Shown: positions 30,336 through 41,597 of the stretch, in pieces
Layout: every line of letters starts with the position of its first letter
How positions within the stretch are numbered: the first letter of the stretch is position 1
Assembly: GCA_963750165.1 (NCBI GenBank)
Contig: CAVVPN010000012.1
Span: forward strand, 1,216,001-1,280,000
Length of the DNA: 64,000 nt
From: an uncultured Gemmataceae bacterium
Lineage (GTDB): Bacteria > Planctomycetota > Planctomycetia > Gemmatales > Gemmataceae
Direction of reading: 5' to 3'
Program-made: the position numbers and the translations under genes
The notes under the pieces: model-generated
The model's database searches: none
What the model was told of the DNA's origin: nothing
What the model saw: only the letters and a program-made list of their open reading frames with translations

Positions 30336-32334
30336 ATGTCGCGCACCACGCTCCCCCCCCGCACTTTGAACGCCCCAACACCCCCGCGGAACGGCTACCG
30401 CCACGACGCGGCGCACGGCTCGACGCTGCACCACGCCATCGACCGCGCCCGCCAGTGCCTACTCGCCCAGCAGCGCGACGACGGCCACTGGGTCGGCGAA
30501 CTGGAAGGCGACACCATCCTCGAATCCGAGACGATCCTGCTGCTGGCCTTCCTCGGCCGCGAAGGCGAGCCGCGCTGTGCCAAAATGGCCCGCTATTTAC
30601 TGGCGCAGCAGCAGCCCGACGGCGGCTGGGCCAACTACCCCGGCGGCCCGATGGACCTGAGTTGCACCGTCAAGGCGTACTTCGCGCTGAAGCTCACCGG
30701 CCACGACCCCGACGCCGAGTACATGGTGCGGGCGCGAGAGGTCATCCGCGGCCGTGGCGGCGCCGAGCGCGTCAACAGTTTCACCAAGTTCTACCTGGCA
30801 CTACTGGGTCAATTCCCCTACGACAACTGCGCCTCGGTGCCGCCGGAGATGATGTTCTGCCCGACCTGGCTGTACTTCAACATCTACGCCATGTCGAGCT
30901 GGACGCGCACCATCGTCATCCCGCTGAGCATCTTCTCCGCCCGCAAGCCGGTGCGGACGCTGCCGACAGAACTGGGCATTCCCGAGCTTTTTTTGCAACC
31001 GCCCGAGACGCCGCGCTGGCCGCACCCGCCGACGCGCCGCCTGCTGACGTGGACCAACTTCTTCCTGGGCGTCGATCAGTTTATCAAATGGTACGAGCGC
31101 TGCGGCCCGCGCCGCCTCCGCGCCGCCGCCGTCGAGCGTGCCCGCGCCTGGATGCTCGAACGCTTCGCGGACAGCGATGGCCTCGGTGCCATCTTCCCGC
31201 CGATGATCTACACCGTCGTCGGCCTGCGCAGCCTCGGCTACGCCGACGACTCGCCGGAGATGCGCTACGCATTGAAGCAGATTGATGATTTGATGATCGA
31301 GGAGGGTGACCGCATTCGTGTGCAGCCGTGCGTCTCGCCGGTGTGGGACACGGCACTGGCGGTCAACGCCCTGGCGGTCGCGGGCTTGCCAACCGGGCAC
31401 CCGGCGCTGCGGCGCGCGACGCAGTGGCTGCTCGACCGTGAGGTGCGGCGGCCCGGCGACTGGAGTTTGCTCAACCCGCATCTGGAGCCGGCCGGCTGGT
31501 TCTTCGAGTACCGTAACGGCTTCTACCCGGACACCGACGACACGGCGATGGTGCTGATGGGCCTGGCCCGCAGCGGGGCAGAGTCGTCCGCGGCGACCGA
31601 GCGCGGCGTGCAGTGGCTGCTGGGCATGCAAAACCGTGACGGCGGCTGGGCGGCGTTCGACCGCGACATCAACCGCGAGGTGTTGACGAAGGTGCCGTTC
31701 GCGGACCACAATGCGATGCTGGACCCGAGCTGTCCGGACATCACGGCGCGCGTGCTGGAGGCGCTGGCGGAGTACGGCCACCGCGTCGGCGCACCGGCGG
31801 TGGACCGGGCGGTGGACTTCATCCGCCGGACACAGGACCGGCGCGGCTGCTGGCTGGGCCGCTGGGGCGTCAACTATCTGTACGGCACCTGGCAGGTGCT
31901 GGCGGGTCTGCGCGGTCGGCTTCGATGTGCAGGACCCGATGGTGCGCCGCGCCGCCGACTGGCTGCGGCGGGTGCAGCAACCGGGCGGCGGCTGGGGCGA
32001 GAGCTGCGCCAGCTACGACGACCCGGCGCTGGCCGGCCAGGGCCCGGTGACCGCGTCGCAGACGGCGTGGGCGCTGCTGGGCCTGATCGCCGCGGGCGAC
32101 GCAGACTGCGCGGCGGTGCGGGCCGGCGTCGCGTACCTGACGGAGACGCAGGGGCCGGACGGCAACTGGCGCGAGGACCAGTTCACCGGGACGGGATTCC
32201 CGAAGGTGTTCTACCTGAAGTATCACCTGTATCGACTGTACTTCCCGCTGATGGCGCTGGCGCGCTACGCTCAGGCGATCGATGTCGAAAAGGCGTCGGC
32301 GCGACAGTTGCATCAGGTAGGCATTAGACACTAG
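30336..32334 (+). CDS. shc: Squalene-hopene cyclase; frameshift near 31905
   Basis: QW repeats (QQPDGGW, MQNRDGGW), SPVWDT, catalytic DTDDTA, WGVNY.YGT, TGTGFPKVFYL.Y..Y. Confidence 0.93.
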
Positions 32335-32436
32335 AAAGCGACCCAATACGTCGTCCTTGGAAACGATGACCGGAGACCGCGAGACAACGACATCGACGCT
32401 GGAGAGGCGTCAGCCTGTAGGGGGCACGGACTTCTT

Positions 32437-32862
32437 ATGACATTTGCTGTTTGCTTGATGTGCTTATGTATCAGTGCTGTGAATGCCAACCTGCATACTG
32501 TTGAGATGAAAGCAATGCAGGGCGAGTGGGTCGTGAAATCATGGACAGTTGGCAGCAATGGCCAACAGAAGCAACGATGCAATGGTTGCGTGATCGAGGG
32601 AAACTGTATTAAAATTGAATTCTCCAGCCATACTTTTTCTGGCAGGTTTGATCTTTTCTCATTGTTGTCTGAAAAGAAGATGTTGATCGACAGTTCATTT
32701 CTGGGAGGTCCATGCTACATTCACGCACTTTACCGAATTGAAAACGATGAATTGACCATTGGTTTTTCGAGGGAGCCTGGAGAATTTCCCACGTCGTTGC
32801 GTGGAAAACGGGCTGAAAATATGCAGATCCTCGTGTTGAAACGCAAGCAAAAGAGTCGTTAG
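32437..32862 (+). CDS. Small low-GC secreted protein, TIGR03067-like planctomycete domain
   Basis: Signal-like N-terminus, MQGEW, ALYRIENDELTI, FPT, LVLKR; AT-rich relative to flanks. Confidence 0.7.
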   Translation: MTFAVCLMCLCISAVNANLHTVEMKAMQGEWVVKSWTVGSNGQQKQRCNGCVIEGNCIKIEFSSHTFSGRFDLFSLLSEKKMLIDSSFLGGPCYIHALYRIENDELTIGFSREPGEFPTSLRGKRAENMQILVLKRKQKSR

Positions 32863-33007
32863 ACAGAAGAAGACGAATACATGACGATCTCAGGTCAAAC
32901 CGTGAATTGCACCTTCCACTTTGCCTGTACGGTGAAGCAGGGAAAACAAAAGTCCATTGGGAGCCGCTGAAGCTGGAGGAGCGGCGGAGGCAGGCTCATT
33001 TAGCCCT

Positions 33008-33105
33008 AGGCATTAGTTATCCGGCATGAGGTCCAGGGCGGCAGGTTTAGTTTCTATCGGCGCGTGGCTGATAACTAATGCCTGATGCCTAATGCCTAAT
33101 GCCTA
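33008..33105. repeat. Heptad (AATGCCT) repeats and 14-bp inverted repeat upstream of hpnH
   Basis: AGGCATTAGTTATC / GATAACTAATGCCT followed by GATGCCT AATGCCT AATGCCT. Confidence 0.75.
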
Positions 33106-33119
33106 TCATGGAGTGATTT

Positions 33120-34139
33120 ATGCGTTTCCCCCTGAGCCTCACGATGTCGATGGCCGGTTACATGGTCAAGCAAAAGCTCACGGGGCCGAAGCGCTTCCCG
33201 CTGGTGCTGATGCTGGAGCCGTTGCACGCCTGCAACCTGACCTGCACCGGCTGCGGCCGCATCCGCGAGTACGAAGAAACCATCAAGCAAAAGTTGAGCG
33301 TCGAGGAGTGCCTCGCGTCCGTGGACGAAGCCGGCACGCCCATCGTCAGCATCTGCGGCGGCGAACCGATGATCTACCCCGAGATCGGCCGCCTCGTTCG
33401 CGAAATCATCAAGCGCCGCAAACACATTTACCTCTGCACCAACGGCATGTTCATCGAAAAGAAGTTGCACGAGTTTCGGCCCACGTCGCGCTTCTTCTTC
33501 AACGTCCACCTGGATGGCCTGGAGGAGACGCACGATCTGGCCGTGGAGCGCAAGGGTGTCTTCCGCGCCGCCATTGAGGGCATCAAGGCCGCGAAGCGCG
33601 CCGGCTTCATGGTCTGCACCAACACCACCGTCTACAAGGAAACTAACATTGATGAGATCGACGAGTTGTATACGTTCCTGACGAAACTGGGCGTGGACGG
33701 TTTCATGCTGGCGCCGGCCTACGGCTACACGGCGGTCCACAAAACCAACCCCGACGGCGCCGCGGAAATCTTCCTGACGCGCGACCAGATTCGGGCCAAG
33801 TTCCAGGAGGCCGCGCAACTGTTGAGCAAGCACCGCATGAACATGTCGCCGGTGTATCTGGAATTCCTGAGCGGCAAGCGCGAATTGACCTGCACCGCCT
33901 GGGCGAGCCCGACACGCAACGTCAAGGGTTGGAAGGGGCCGTGCTACCTCATCACGGACGAGCACCACGACTCGTTCCGTGACCTGATGGACAACACGGC
34001 ATGGGAGAATTACGGCTACGGCAACGACCCGCGCTGCGAGCACTGCATGATGCACAGCGGCTACGAGACGGCCGCGGCGCTCGGCGTCAACGCCCGGCTC
34101 GGCGACAGCCTGAAAATGCTACTGTGGCAACTCAGCTGA
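33120..34139 (+). CDS. hpnH: Hopanoid-associated radical SAM protein (adenosylhopane synthesis)
   Basis: RFPLVLMLEPLHACNLTCTGCG, CTAW..PTRN..GW..PCYL, DPRCEHCMMHSGYE; next to shc. Confidence 0.92.
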   Translation: MRFPLSLTMSMAGYMVKQKLTGPKRFPLVLMLEPLHACNLTCTGCGRIREYEETIKQKLSVEECLASVDEAGTPIVSICGGEPMIYPEIGRLVREIIKRRKHIYLCTNGMFIEKKLHEFRPTSRFFFNVHLDGLEETHDLAVERKGVFRAAIEGIKAAKRAGFMVCTNTTVYKETNIDEIDELYTFLTKLGVDGFMLAPAYGYTAVHKTNPDGAAEIFLTRDQIRAKFQEAAQLLSKHRMNMSPVYLEFLSGKRELTCTAWASPTRNVKGWKGPCYLITDEHHDSFRDLMDNTAWENYGYGNDPRCEHCMMHSGYETAAALGVNARLGDSLKMLLWQLS

Positions 34140-34505
34140 TTTTTCCGCGGCCGCCGCGTCCGGGATGACCAGTTCCTGACCGGGCGTCAGTTCCTCGGTG
34201 TCGGCCAGCTTCGGGTTGGCGCGGCGGAGGTCGTCGGCGCGGGCCTCGTCGCCCAGGTAGCGCTCGGCCAGGGCGGCGAGCGTGTCGCCCTCCTGGACGA
34301 CGTGTTTGCGCGGCGTCCGCACTTCGGGAGGGGTCGGGGCGTCCGGCGAGTGGCCGGGGACAGGCGCCGGCCTGCCCTTGGCGACCACGGCCGGCGTGGA
34401 CTCGGCGGCAGCGGGGTTGGCGTTGTCCTTGCGAAAGAACAGCACCGCGACCAGGATGACCAGGGCCACTCCGAAAACCATTCCCAGCTTGGCGTCATTG
34501 GGCAT
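34119..34505 (-). CDS. Membrane-anchored LysM protein
   Basis: N-terminal TM; HVVQEGDTL..LAERYLGD..RANP..L.PGQELVIP. Confidence 0.88.
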   Translation of the reverse strand: MPNDAKLGMVFGVALVILVAVLFFRKDNANPAAAESTPAVVAKGRPAPVPGHSPDAPTPPEVRTPRKHVVQEGDTLAALAERYLGDEARADDLRRANPKLADTEELTPGQELVIPDAAAAEKSAELPQ

Positions 34506-34695
34506 CGCTGAACCCTCCCCGCGGTAAGAAGTGCGCGGCCGCGTCCGTTCCATTATGGCGCCGCGGCGGCGCGGACGTGAGGCAATCCGTCCGCGCCGCC
34601 GCGATTTTTCCGCCCGCCGGCACTTCCAGAGCGAGCCAAACGTATCTTCGGTACAACCACCCCGGTTTACGTTTCGCGCGGACTCAGTGCAATGC

Positions 34696-35889
34696 TCAGC
34701 GGCACAGCGGGTGCTTGAGCGACAGCCACTGACCGTGCTCCCGTGAGCTGGCGACGCATTGCGTGATGAAGTTCATGCCGTCCACGCCGTCCGCGACGTT
34801 GGGGTACAGGCTTTTGCTATCATCCACGCTCTGGCCGCCGGCGCGCTTGATGATGTCCGCGTAGGCGGCGGTGTACACGTTGGCGAACGCCTCCAGAAAC
34901 GCCTCGGGATGGCCGCTGGGAATGCGGCACGACGCCTTCGCGGTCTCGCCCAGCCACGGCGCGCCCGGGTTGCGCGTGTAGACACGCAGCGGCTGGTCGT
35001 TGGTGCGCACGAGCATCTTGTTCGGCTCCTCCTGGTGCCACTCCAGCGCTCCCTTGGTGCCATCCACCTCGATCCACAGGTCGTTCTCGCGGCCGTGTGA
35101 AATCTGCGACGCGGTGACGGTGCCGAGCGCCCCGTTCTGGTAGCGGAGGATGGCGGTGCCGTAGTCGTCCAGGGCGCGGCCGGGCTCGAACGTCTTCAGC
35201 GTGCAGGAAATCTGCTCGGGCAGCAGGCCGGTGATGAAGCGGCCGAGGTTGTAAGCGTGTGTGCCGATGTCGCCGAAGCAGCCGGCGGCGCCGGAGCGCT
35301 TCGGATCGGTGCGCCAGCTGGCCTGCTTCTGGTTGTCCTTCTCCAGCCGCCGCCGCAGCCAGCCCTGAATGTAGAACGCCCGCACCGCGTTGATCTCGCC
35401 CAGCTCGCCGCTCAGCACCATGTCGCGGGCCTGACGCACCAGCGGATAGCCCGTGTAGTTGTGCGTCACGCCGAAGACCACGCCCGACTTCTTGACCACC
35501 TTCGCCAGCTCCTCCGCCTGGGCCAGGTCGAAGGTCAGCGGCTTGTCGCACATGACGTTAAAGCCGGCCTCGGCGAACGCCTTGGCGATCTCGAAGTGCG
35601 TGTGGTTCGGCGTGGCGACACTGACGAAATCGATGCGCTCGCCAGCCGGCAGTTTCGCCTCAGCGGCGACCATCTCCTGGTACGCGCCGTAGGCGCGCTC
35701 GGGCTTGATGTCGTAGTCGGCGGCGGACGCTTTCGCCTTGGCCGGATCGCTGGACAGGGCGCCGGCGACGAGGACGGCACGGTTGTCCATGATGGCGGCG
35801 CGCATGTGGACGGCGCCGATGAACGCGCCCTGGCCGCCGCCGACCAGGCCCATGCGCAGTTTGCGGTTGAGGGGGGCGTTGACGCCCAT
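34696..35889 (-). CDS. Gfo/Idh/MocA oxidoreductase
   Basis: [33 protein letters not shown]. Confidence 0.92.
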   Translation of the reverse strand: MGVNAPLNRKLRMGLVGGGQGAFIGAVHMRAAIMDNRAVLVAGALSSDPAKAKASAADYDIKPERAYGAYQEMVAAEAKLPAGERIDFVSVATPNHTHFEIAKAFAEAGFNVMCDKPLTFDLAQAEELAKVVKKSGVVFGVTHNYTGYPLVRQARDMVLSGELGEINAVRAFYIQGWLRRRLEKDNQKQASWRTDPKRSGAAGCFGDIGTHAYNLGRFITGLLPEQISCTLKTFEPGRALDDYGTAILRYQNGALGTVTASQISHGRENDLWIEVDGTKGALEWHQEEPNKMLVRTNDQPLRVYTRNPGAPWLGETAKASCRIPSGHPEAFLEAFANVYTAAYADIIKRAGGQSVDDSKSLYPNVADGVDGMNFITQCVASSREHGQWLSLKHPLCR

Positions 35890-36139
35890 GCTTCATCTCC
35901 TTGCTACAAGGGTGTGGAATGCGTGATTGCAGAGATCATAGCGACCGGACGGCGGCGTGAGCAGGGCGGCGCGGCCGGCACCGTCGGCAGGGTCGGCCCA
36001 AGCCGGCGCTGAATTCGCCAGGGGAATCGGCCACGGCTTCCAGGAGGGGCGAAGTTGACGTCGATGGTTGAACCGTGGGGCGCCGTCTCGAGCCGGGACG
36101 CCGCCGCCTTCCTGCTCCCGACCTGTACAGGGCGTGCCC

Positions 36140-36658
36140 ATGATCCGGAATGCGCGATGGATCGGCCTGGTGTTGCTGTTCGGATTGCTCCCCGGCCGGG
36201 CGGCCGCCGACCCGCCCACCTGCCTCGACGACCTCAAGCGCCTGAACGTCGGCCAGCTCGAACAGCTTTACGCCGGCGGCGAGGCGGGAGCGCTGCCGGT
36301 GGGCTTCGTCCGCGGCGCGGTGCTGCACCTGGGCGACACCGCTCTGCCGCGCTTCAAGATGCGGCTGGTCGGGCTGGTGTGGAAGGGCAAGCATTTCGAC
36401 GAGCGCGCCGGCTTCATCAACCAGTGGCTGTGCTTTCGCGCCGTAAAGTCGCAAGCTTGCCTTGGCTCCAGCTATTACGACGGCAAGCTGAGCGTGATCC
36501 TGGCGTACCCCGAAGGGACGCCCTATTTCGGCAACATGCGCGATGAGGTCCGCCTGATCGGGCCGGGGCTGTACCTCGCGATGGTCTTCGAGAGCACCGC
36601 GCCGCACAAGTTTCGCGGCTTCATCGGCCTGGAAGCGGAGGCGGCCCGGGGCCGTTAA
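36140..36658 (+). CDS. Hypothetical secreted protein
   Basis: Signal peptide, coding-like composition; WKGKHF and RDEVRLIGPGLYL segments. Confidence 0.65.
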   Translation: MIRNARWIGLVLLFGLLPGRAAADPPTCLDDLKRLNVGQLEQLYAGGEAGALPVGFVRGAVLHLGDTALPRFKMRLVGLVWKGKHFDERAGFINQWLCFRAVKSQACLGSSYYDGKLSVILAYPEGTPYFGNMRDEVRLIGPGLYLAMVFESTAPHKFRGFIGLEAEAARGR

Positions 36659-36705
36659 CGCGGGTTTGGCCTGGTTCTCTGCCCCACGCAGAAGCGGCAG
36701 ACCCC

Positions 36706-38837
36706 TCATTCCTTACCCTTGCCTCCCGCGGGGACAACGCGAAAATCCAGTTGCCGCCGCTGCAAATCCACGCGCACCACGCGCACCCGCACCTTGTCGC
36801 CGAGCCGGTAGCGGCGCTTGCGGCGCCGGCCGGTCAGGCTGTACGACGCCTCATCAAAATCGTAATAATCGTCCTCCAGCGTGCTGATGTGTACCAGCCC
36901 CTCGACCGGCAGCCGCTCCGCCTGGGCGTAGAAGCCGTAGTCCGCCACGCCGGTGATGATCGCGGCCATGTCCTCGCCGATCCGCTCGCTCATGTAGGTC
37001 AGCAGCTTGAACTTGACCAGCTCGCGTTCCGCTGTCTCGGCGCGGCGCTCCATCTTGCTGCAATGCACCCCCAGCGCCAGCATCTCCGCGAAGTCAGCGC
37101 CGGCCTTGCGCGTGCGCAGCCAGCGGTCGAGTTGACGGTGGACCGTCAAATCGGGATAGCGGCGGATCGGCGACGTGAAGTGGCAGTAGTTCTGGCTGGC
37201 CAGCGCGTAATGGCCGTCCTCCTCCGGGCTGTACGTGGCCTGCTTCAGACTGCGCAGCAGGGCGTAATGGACGGCGTGCTGCGTCGGCTGGCCGGCGGAC
37301 TCCTGCAGGATGCGCTGCAACGAAAACCGATCCGTCTCGCGCTTGATCTTGTAGCCGAGGATGCGGGTGAACTCCGCGAAGGTTTTCAGCTTGTTCGGGT
37401 CCGGGTCGGAGTGGACGCGGCGCAGGAACGGCACGTCCAGGCGGGCCAGGTGCTCCGCCACCGCCTCGTTGGCCGACAACATGAACTCCTCGATGATCTG
37501 ATGGCTGATGTCGTGACGGTGGAAGTGGGCGCCGCTGACACGGCCCTGTGCGTCGAACTCCAGCTCCACCTGCGGCATCGCCAGCTCCAGCGCCCGCGCT
37601 TCAGCCGCCGCTGATGCAGGATCAGCGCCAGTTCGCGCATGCGCAACAGCATCGCCATCACGGCGGCGTCGGTGTCCGCGTGCGGCCCCTTCTCCAGCAA
37701 CTCCGACACCTGCTCGTAGGCGAAGCGCTTGCGGACCTTGATGGCGCCGTTGGCGAAACGCATCCCCGTGCGCACGCCGTCCGCCGCGAAGTCCATCACG
37801 ACCGTCTTGACGTAACGGACATGGCCCTGTTGCAGACTGGCAAGGTTGTTCGAGATGATCTCCGGAAACATCGGCAGCACGCGCTGCGGCAGATACACAC
37901 TGGTGGCTCGCCGCCGCGCCTCCAGGTCCAGCGGGCCGCCCGGCGGCGCGAAGTGCCCCACGTCGGCGATGTGGACCGTCAGCTGCCAGTGCCCGGATTG
38001 CCCGTCCTGCGTCAGCGACACGGCGTCGTCGAAGTCGCGCGCGTCCGCCGGGTCGATGGTGATGACGACGGTTTTCGTGAAGTCCTCACGGCCGTGCAGG
38101 TCCTTTTCCTTGAACGCGGCGGCGGCCTCGCGGGCCTCCTGCAGTGCCTCTTCCGGGAACGCCTCCGGCAAACCGAACGCCTTGATGACCGACAGCGTAT
38201 CGACGCCGGGCTGGCCGCGGGCGCCGAGGATTTCCGTGATGACGCCTTCGCCGCGGTCCTCCGGCCCGGGAAAGCGCACCATCTCGAAGACGACCTTGTC
38301 ATCCGGCCGCGCTCCCTTGGCACCCGGGTCGCCGACATAGATGCTGTGGCTGAAGACGGTGCCATCGACGCGCACATAGCCTTCGCCGCCGCGCTCGAAG
38401 TAGGTGCCGACGAACTGCCGTGTCGCCCGCTCCACCACTTCCAGCACTTCACCGCTGGCGCTCTGGTCCGGCCGGCTCGGCTTCTTCAGGATGCGCACCA
38501 GCACCTCATCGCCGGTGGCGGCGTCCAACCCTTCGCCGCGGGGGATGAAGATTTCCTGGGGGGCGCCCTTCTCGGTGGGGTGCGGCCGCACGAAGCCGTA
38601 GCCGTTGGCGGAACTGCGGTAGACGCCGGCGACGGTGCCGTGCGGTTGCACCAGGCGGATGGTGCTGTTCTTGGCGACCTCAATGCGGCGCTGGCGGTGG
38701 AGGGTGCGCAGCACGCGGCGATACTCGGCGTACTGCGGTTCGCCGATGCCCAGCTTCTTCGCCAGCGCTTTCGGTTTGAGCGGCTCGTAACTCTTGTGCT
38801 GCAGCGCCCTCAGGATTTGCTGGCTGAGGTCCGCCAT
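36706..38837 (-). CDS. rnr: Ribonuclease R; frameshift near 37590
   Basis: GYGFV cold-shock domain, TIDPADARDFDDAVS, IEEFMLSAN, HFTSPIRRYPDL, C-terminal S1. Confidence 0.93.
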
Positions 38838-38857
38838 GATGTTGGTCCTCGGAGATA

Positions 38858-38945
38858 AGCCACAGAGGACACAGAGGGCACAGAGAGAAGAGAGAAAAGC
38901 ACTCTCTCTCTTTTTCTCTCTGTGTTCTCTGTGTCCTCTGTGGCT
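38858..38945. repeat. CACAGAG-unit palindrome between yhaM-like gene and rnr
   Basis: AGCCACAGAGGACACAGAGGGCACAGAGAGAA / TTCTCTCTGTGTTCTCTGTGTCCTCTGTGGCT. Confidence 0.85.
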
Positions 38946-38954
38946 AATTACTAG

Positions 38955-39968
38955 TCATTCGGTGTCCAGGGGCTCAGACAGCATGTTCTCGCTGCCGTTG
39001 ACGCTGCCCTTGAACAGCCGCCGTTGCAGCGACTGGTTGAACGGCGTCCACGCCGAGGTTTGGTTGCGGTCCTCGCGGATGTCGCGCGTGAATGTGTGGA
39101 CCTTGGCGTCCAGGTTGTCCAGGTGGTGCAGCGCGATCGCCTCGGGCGTCATCGGCAGCTTGGGACTGCCGAATTCATAGCTGCCGTGGTGGCTCACAAT
39201 CATGTGCTTGACGCGCAGCAGCAGTTCCGCCGGGAACGACTCGCCCGTCAGGTCCGGCACCTGCGCCACCTTCTCCGTCACCATTTCCACGCCGATAATC
39301 AGATGGCCGAGCAGCTGCCCCTCGTCGGTGTAAGCGAAGACGCGGCCGAAACTCAGCTCGCGCACCTTGCCCACATCATGCAGGAACACGCCCGTCAGCA
39401 GCAGGTCGCGGTCCACGTCGGGGTAGAGCGGGGCCAACCTGTCGGCGGCGTCGAGCAGTTGCACGACATGCTCCAGCAGGCCGCCGATGTAGGCGTGATG
39501 GTTGCGGACGCCGGCCGGCACCGTGCAGAAGTCCTTGACGAAGGCGTCGTCCATCAGGAAGCACTCGATCAGGCCGCGCAGGTGGGGGTTGCTCATGCCC
39601 ATCAGCGTTTTGCGCAGCCGCTCGAACAGTTTGCTGACATCGTGCTCGGTGTGCGGCAGGAAATCGGTGAGCGTGACCTCCTCCGGCGACACCCGCTCCA
39701 CGTGGCTCAGGATGATTTGCAGCGAGCCCTGGAAAAGCTGCACCTTGCCCTTGATGCGCAGGAAGTCGCCCTCCTCGAAGGAGCGGAAGAGCTGTTCGCC
39801 GGCGTTCCACAGCCGGGCGCTGATGCCGCCGGTGCGGTCGCGCAGTTCCAGCTGCAGGAACAGGTTGCCGTTGCGGTTGGCCCGCAACTGCTTGTCCGTG
39901 ACCAGGTACACCTCGTCCAGCGACTCGCCATCGGTCAACTGCTGCACAAAACGCCGACTGCTGCTCAT
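38955..39968 (-). CDS. YhaM/Cbf-like 3'-5' exoribonuclease (OB fold + HD domain)
   Basis: LRDRTG..ARLW OB fold; HHAY.GGLLEH, LHDVGK, GHL, SHHG, LDNLDA. Confidence 0.9.
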   Translation of the reverse strand: MSSSRRFVQQLTDGESLDEVYLVTDKQLRANRNGNLFLQLELRDRTGGISARLWNAGEQLFRSFEEGDFLRIKGKVQLFQGSLQIILSHVERVSPEEVTLTDFLPHTEHDVSKLFERLRKTLMGMSNPHLRGLIECFLMDDAFVKDFCTVPAGVRNHHAYIGGLLEHVVQLLDAADRLAPLYPDVDRDLLLTGVFLHDVGKVRELSFGRVFAYTDEGQLLGHLIIGVEMVTEKVAQVPDLTGESFPAELLLRVKHMIVSHHGSYEFGSPKLPMTPEAIALHHLDNLDAKVHTFTRDIREDRNQTSAWTPFNQSLQRRLFKGSVNGSENMLSEPLDTE

Positions 39969-40003
39969 GCCTGCGGCCTCGCTCTTGCTTGCCTGCCTCA
40001 CGT

Positions 40004-40767
40004 TTAACGCACCTTGACCAGTTCCACTTCAAACGTCAATTCGCCCGCCGCCTCGGGGCCCGGCACCTCTGGAATGACCGGCGCAGGCCCGTCCTTGTTG
40101 AACTGCAGCAAAGGGGGGACGATCAGCTTGCGTTTGCCGCCCTGCTTCATGCCCTCCAGGCCCTCGTTGAACCCCGGGATGACCTTGACCGAGCCCAACT
40201 CGAAGGCAACCGGCGCCTGGCCTTTCGTGGTGGTGTACTGCCGGCCCCGCACTGTCCAGCCCGTGTAATTCACCTCGACCTGCGCCCTTTCTTGACCGGC
40301 TCGCCCTTGCCTTCCACGAGATCGCTGACGTACAGGCCGCCGGGTAACACGCGGTAGACGGCGAGCAGGTCCACTTCAAAGGTCAGGTCCGAGTGCGGGG
40401 GTATGCTTTGCTGCTCCCCCGGGCGGCTCGGCGAGCCCTTCTCCCCGTAAGCCATCTTGGAGGGGATGAGCAGCTTGCGTTTGCCGCCCATTTTCATGCC
40501 GAGCAGGCCCTTGTCCCAGCCGACGATGACCTCGCGACGGCCCAGGTAAAACCGGAATGGTTGGCCGCGGTCCAGGCTGCTGTCGAACTTGGTGCCGTCG
40601 CGCAGCCAGCCCGTGTAATGCACCTCGATGAGGTCGTCCCGTTCGGCGGCGGCCCCGGTGCCCTCTTGTAAATCGTTGATTTCCAGCTTGCTTTCGCCGC
40701 AGCCGGCGACCAGAAGCAGCCCCAGGCCGACCACCGCCAGCGAACCACACCGTAACACCCAGTTCAT
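40004..40767 (-). CDS. Double-domain FKBP peptidyl-prolyl isomerase, probable lipoprotein; frameshift near 40280
   Basis: LVAGC lipobox; VHYTG.L.DGTKFDSS, VIVGWD.G..GM..GGKR.L.IP; second FKBP domain in another frame. Confidence 0.88.
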
Positions 40768-40915
40768 GGGGCATGCCTCCCAGGCGCTTCCCGAGCCGTT
40801 GCCGTCTTTCACGAAACTTCATTATAGGGAGAAGGTTGCCGGCTGACCCGCTGCCGGAGGGCTAACGGAATTCGTCCCTTGCCGGCCGGGGAGGGTGGGC
40901 TACATTGCTAACTTC

Positions 40916-41431
40916 ATGGCCAAAGCGAAGAAACCAAACAAACCGGTGCCGGAAATCCCCGTGATCGGCGAGGTGGACGACTGGGAGGAGGAAGTCGTCA
41001 AGACCTTGCTGGACATCCCGGCCGGCGGTGAGTGCGCCTTTTACATCGACTCGGCCGGCGGCAGCGTCTACGGCGCCCTGGCGGTGCTGACGCTGTTGCG
41101 CCATCGCCGCCATACCGCGACCGCCGTGGTGCTTGGCGAGTGCTCGTCGGCGGCGCTGCTGCTGTTCGCCGGCTGCCAGCGTCGGTTGGTGACGCGCTTC
41201 AGCACGTTCCTCTTTCACAAGATGCGCTGGCAGAGCGAGAAGCGCGTCGGCTCCGAGGAGGCGCTGCAGTGGGCGAAACACTTTGAGGAAATGGAACAGG
41301 AACTGGACAACTGGCAAAATCAACTGTTCGGCGGCGCCGACGAACAGCTGCGGACCTGGACACGGATCGGCCGTTACGTGAGCGGCACCGAAATGGTCGC
41401 GGCCGGGCTGGCGGAGATGTTGCCGCTGTGA
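40916..41431 (+). CDS. ClpP-like (crotonase-fold) peptidase
   Basis: FYIDSAGGSV, GECSSAA, FLFH, AAGL. Confidence 0.75.
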   Translation: MAKAKKPNKPVPEIPVIGEVDDWEEEVVKTLLDIPAGGECAFYIDSAGGSVYGALAVLTLLRHRRHTATAVVLGECSSAALLLFAGCQRRLVTRFSTFLFHKMRWQSEKRVGSEEALQWAKHFEEMEQELDNWQNQLFGGADEQLRTWTRIGRYVSGTEMVAAGLAEMLPL

Positions 41432-41490
41432 GCGGGAACGGAGGAAGCCATGATACGTGAGGGTGGTATAGCGCCTGTGGTGCGTGGTTT

Positions 41491-41562
41491 CCTCCCGTAA
41501 CTCAGCGGTAGAGTCTCGGTCTTATAAGCCGATGGTCGCTGGTTCGAGTCCAGCCGGGAGGA
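41491..41562 (+). tRNA. tRNA-Ile with TAT (UAU) anticodon; CCA not encoded
   Basis: Acceptor CCTCCCG/CGGGAGG, D-stem ACTC/GAGT, anticodon stem TCGGT/GCCGA with loop CT-TAT-AA, T-arm GCTGG-TTCGAGT-CCAGC, discriminator A. Confidence 0.88.
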
Positions 41563-41597
41563 CTGGCGGATACCGCCGCGCCCTCCCGGCCGCGGCG

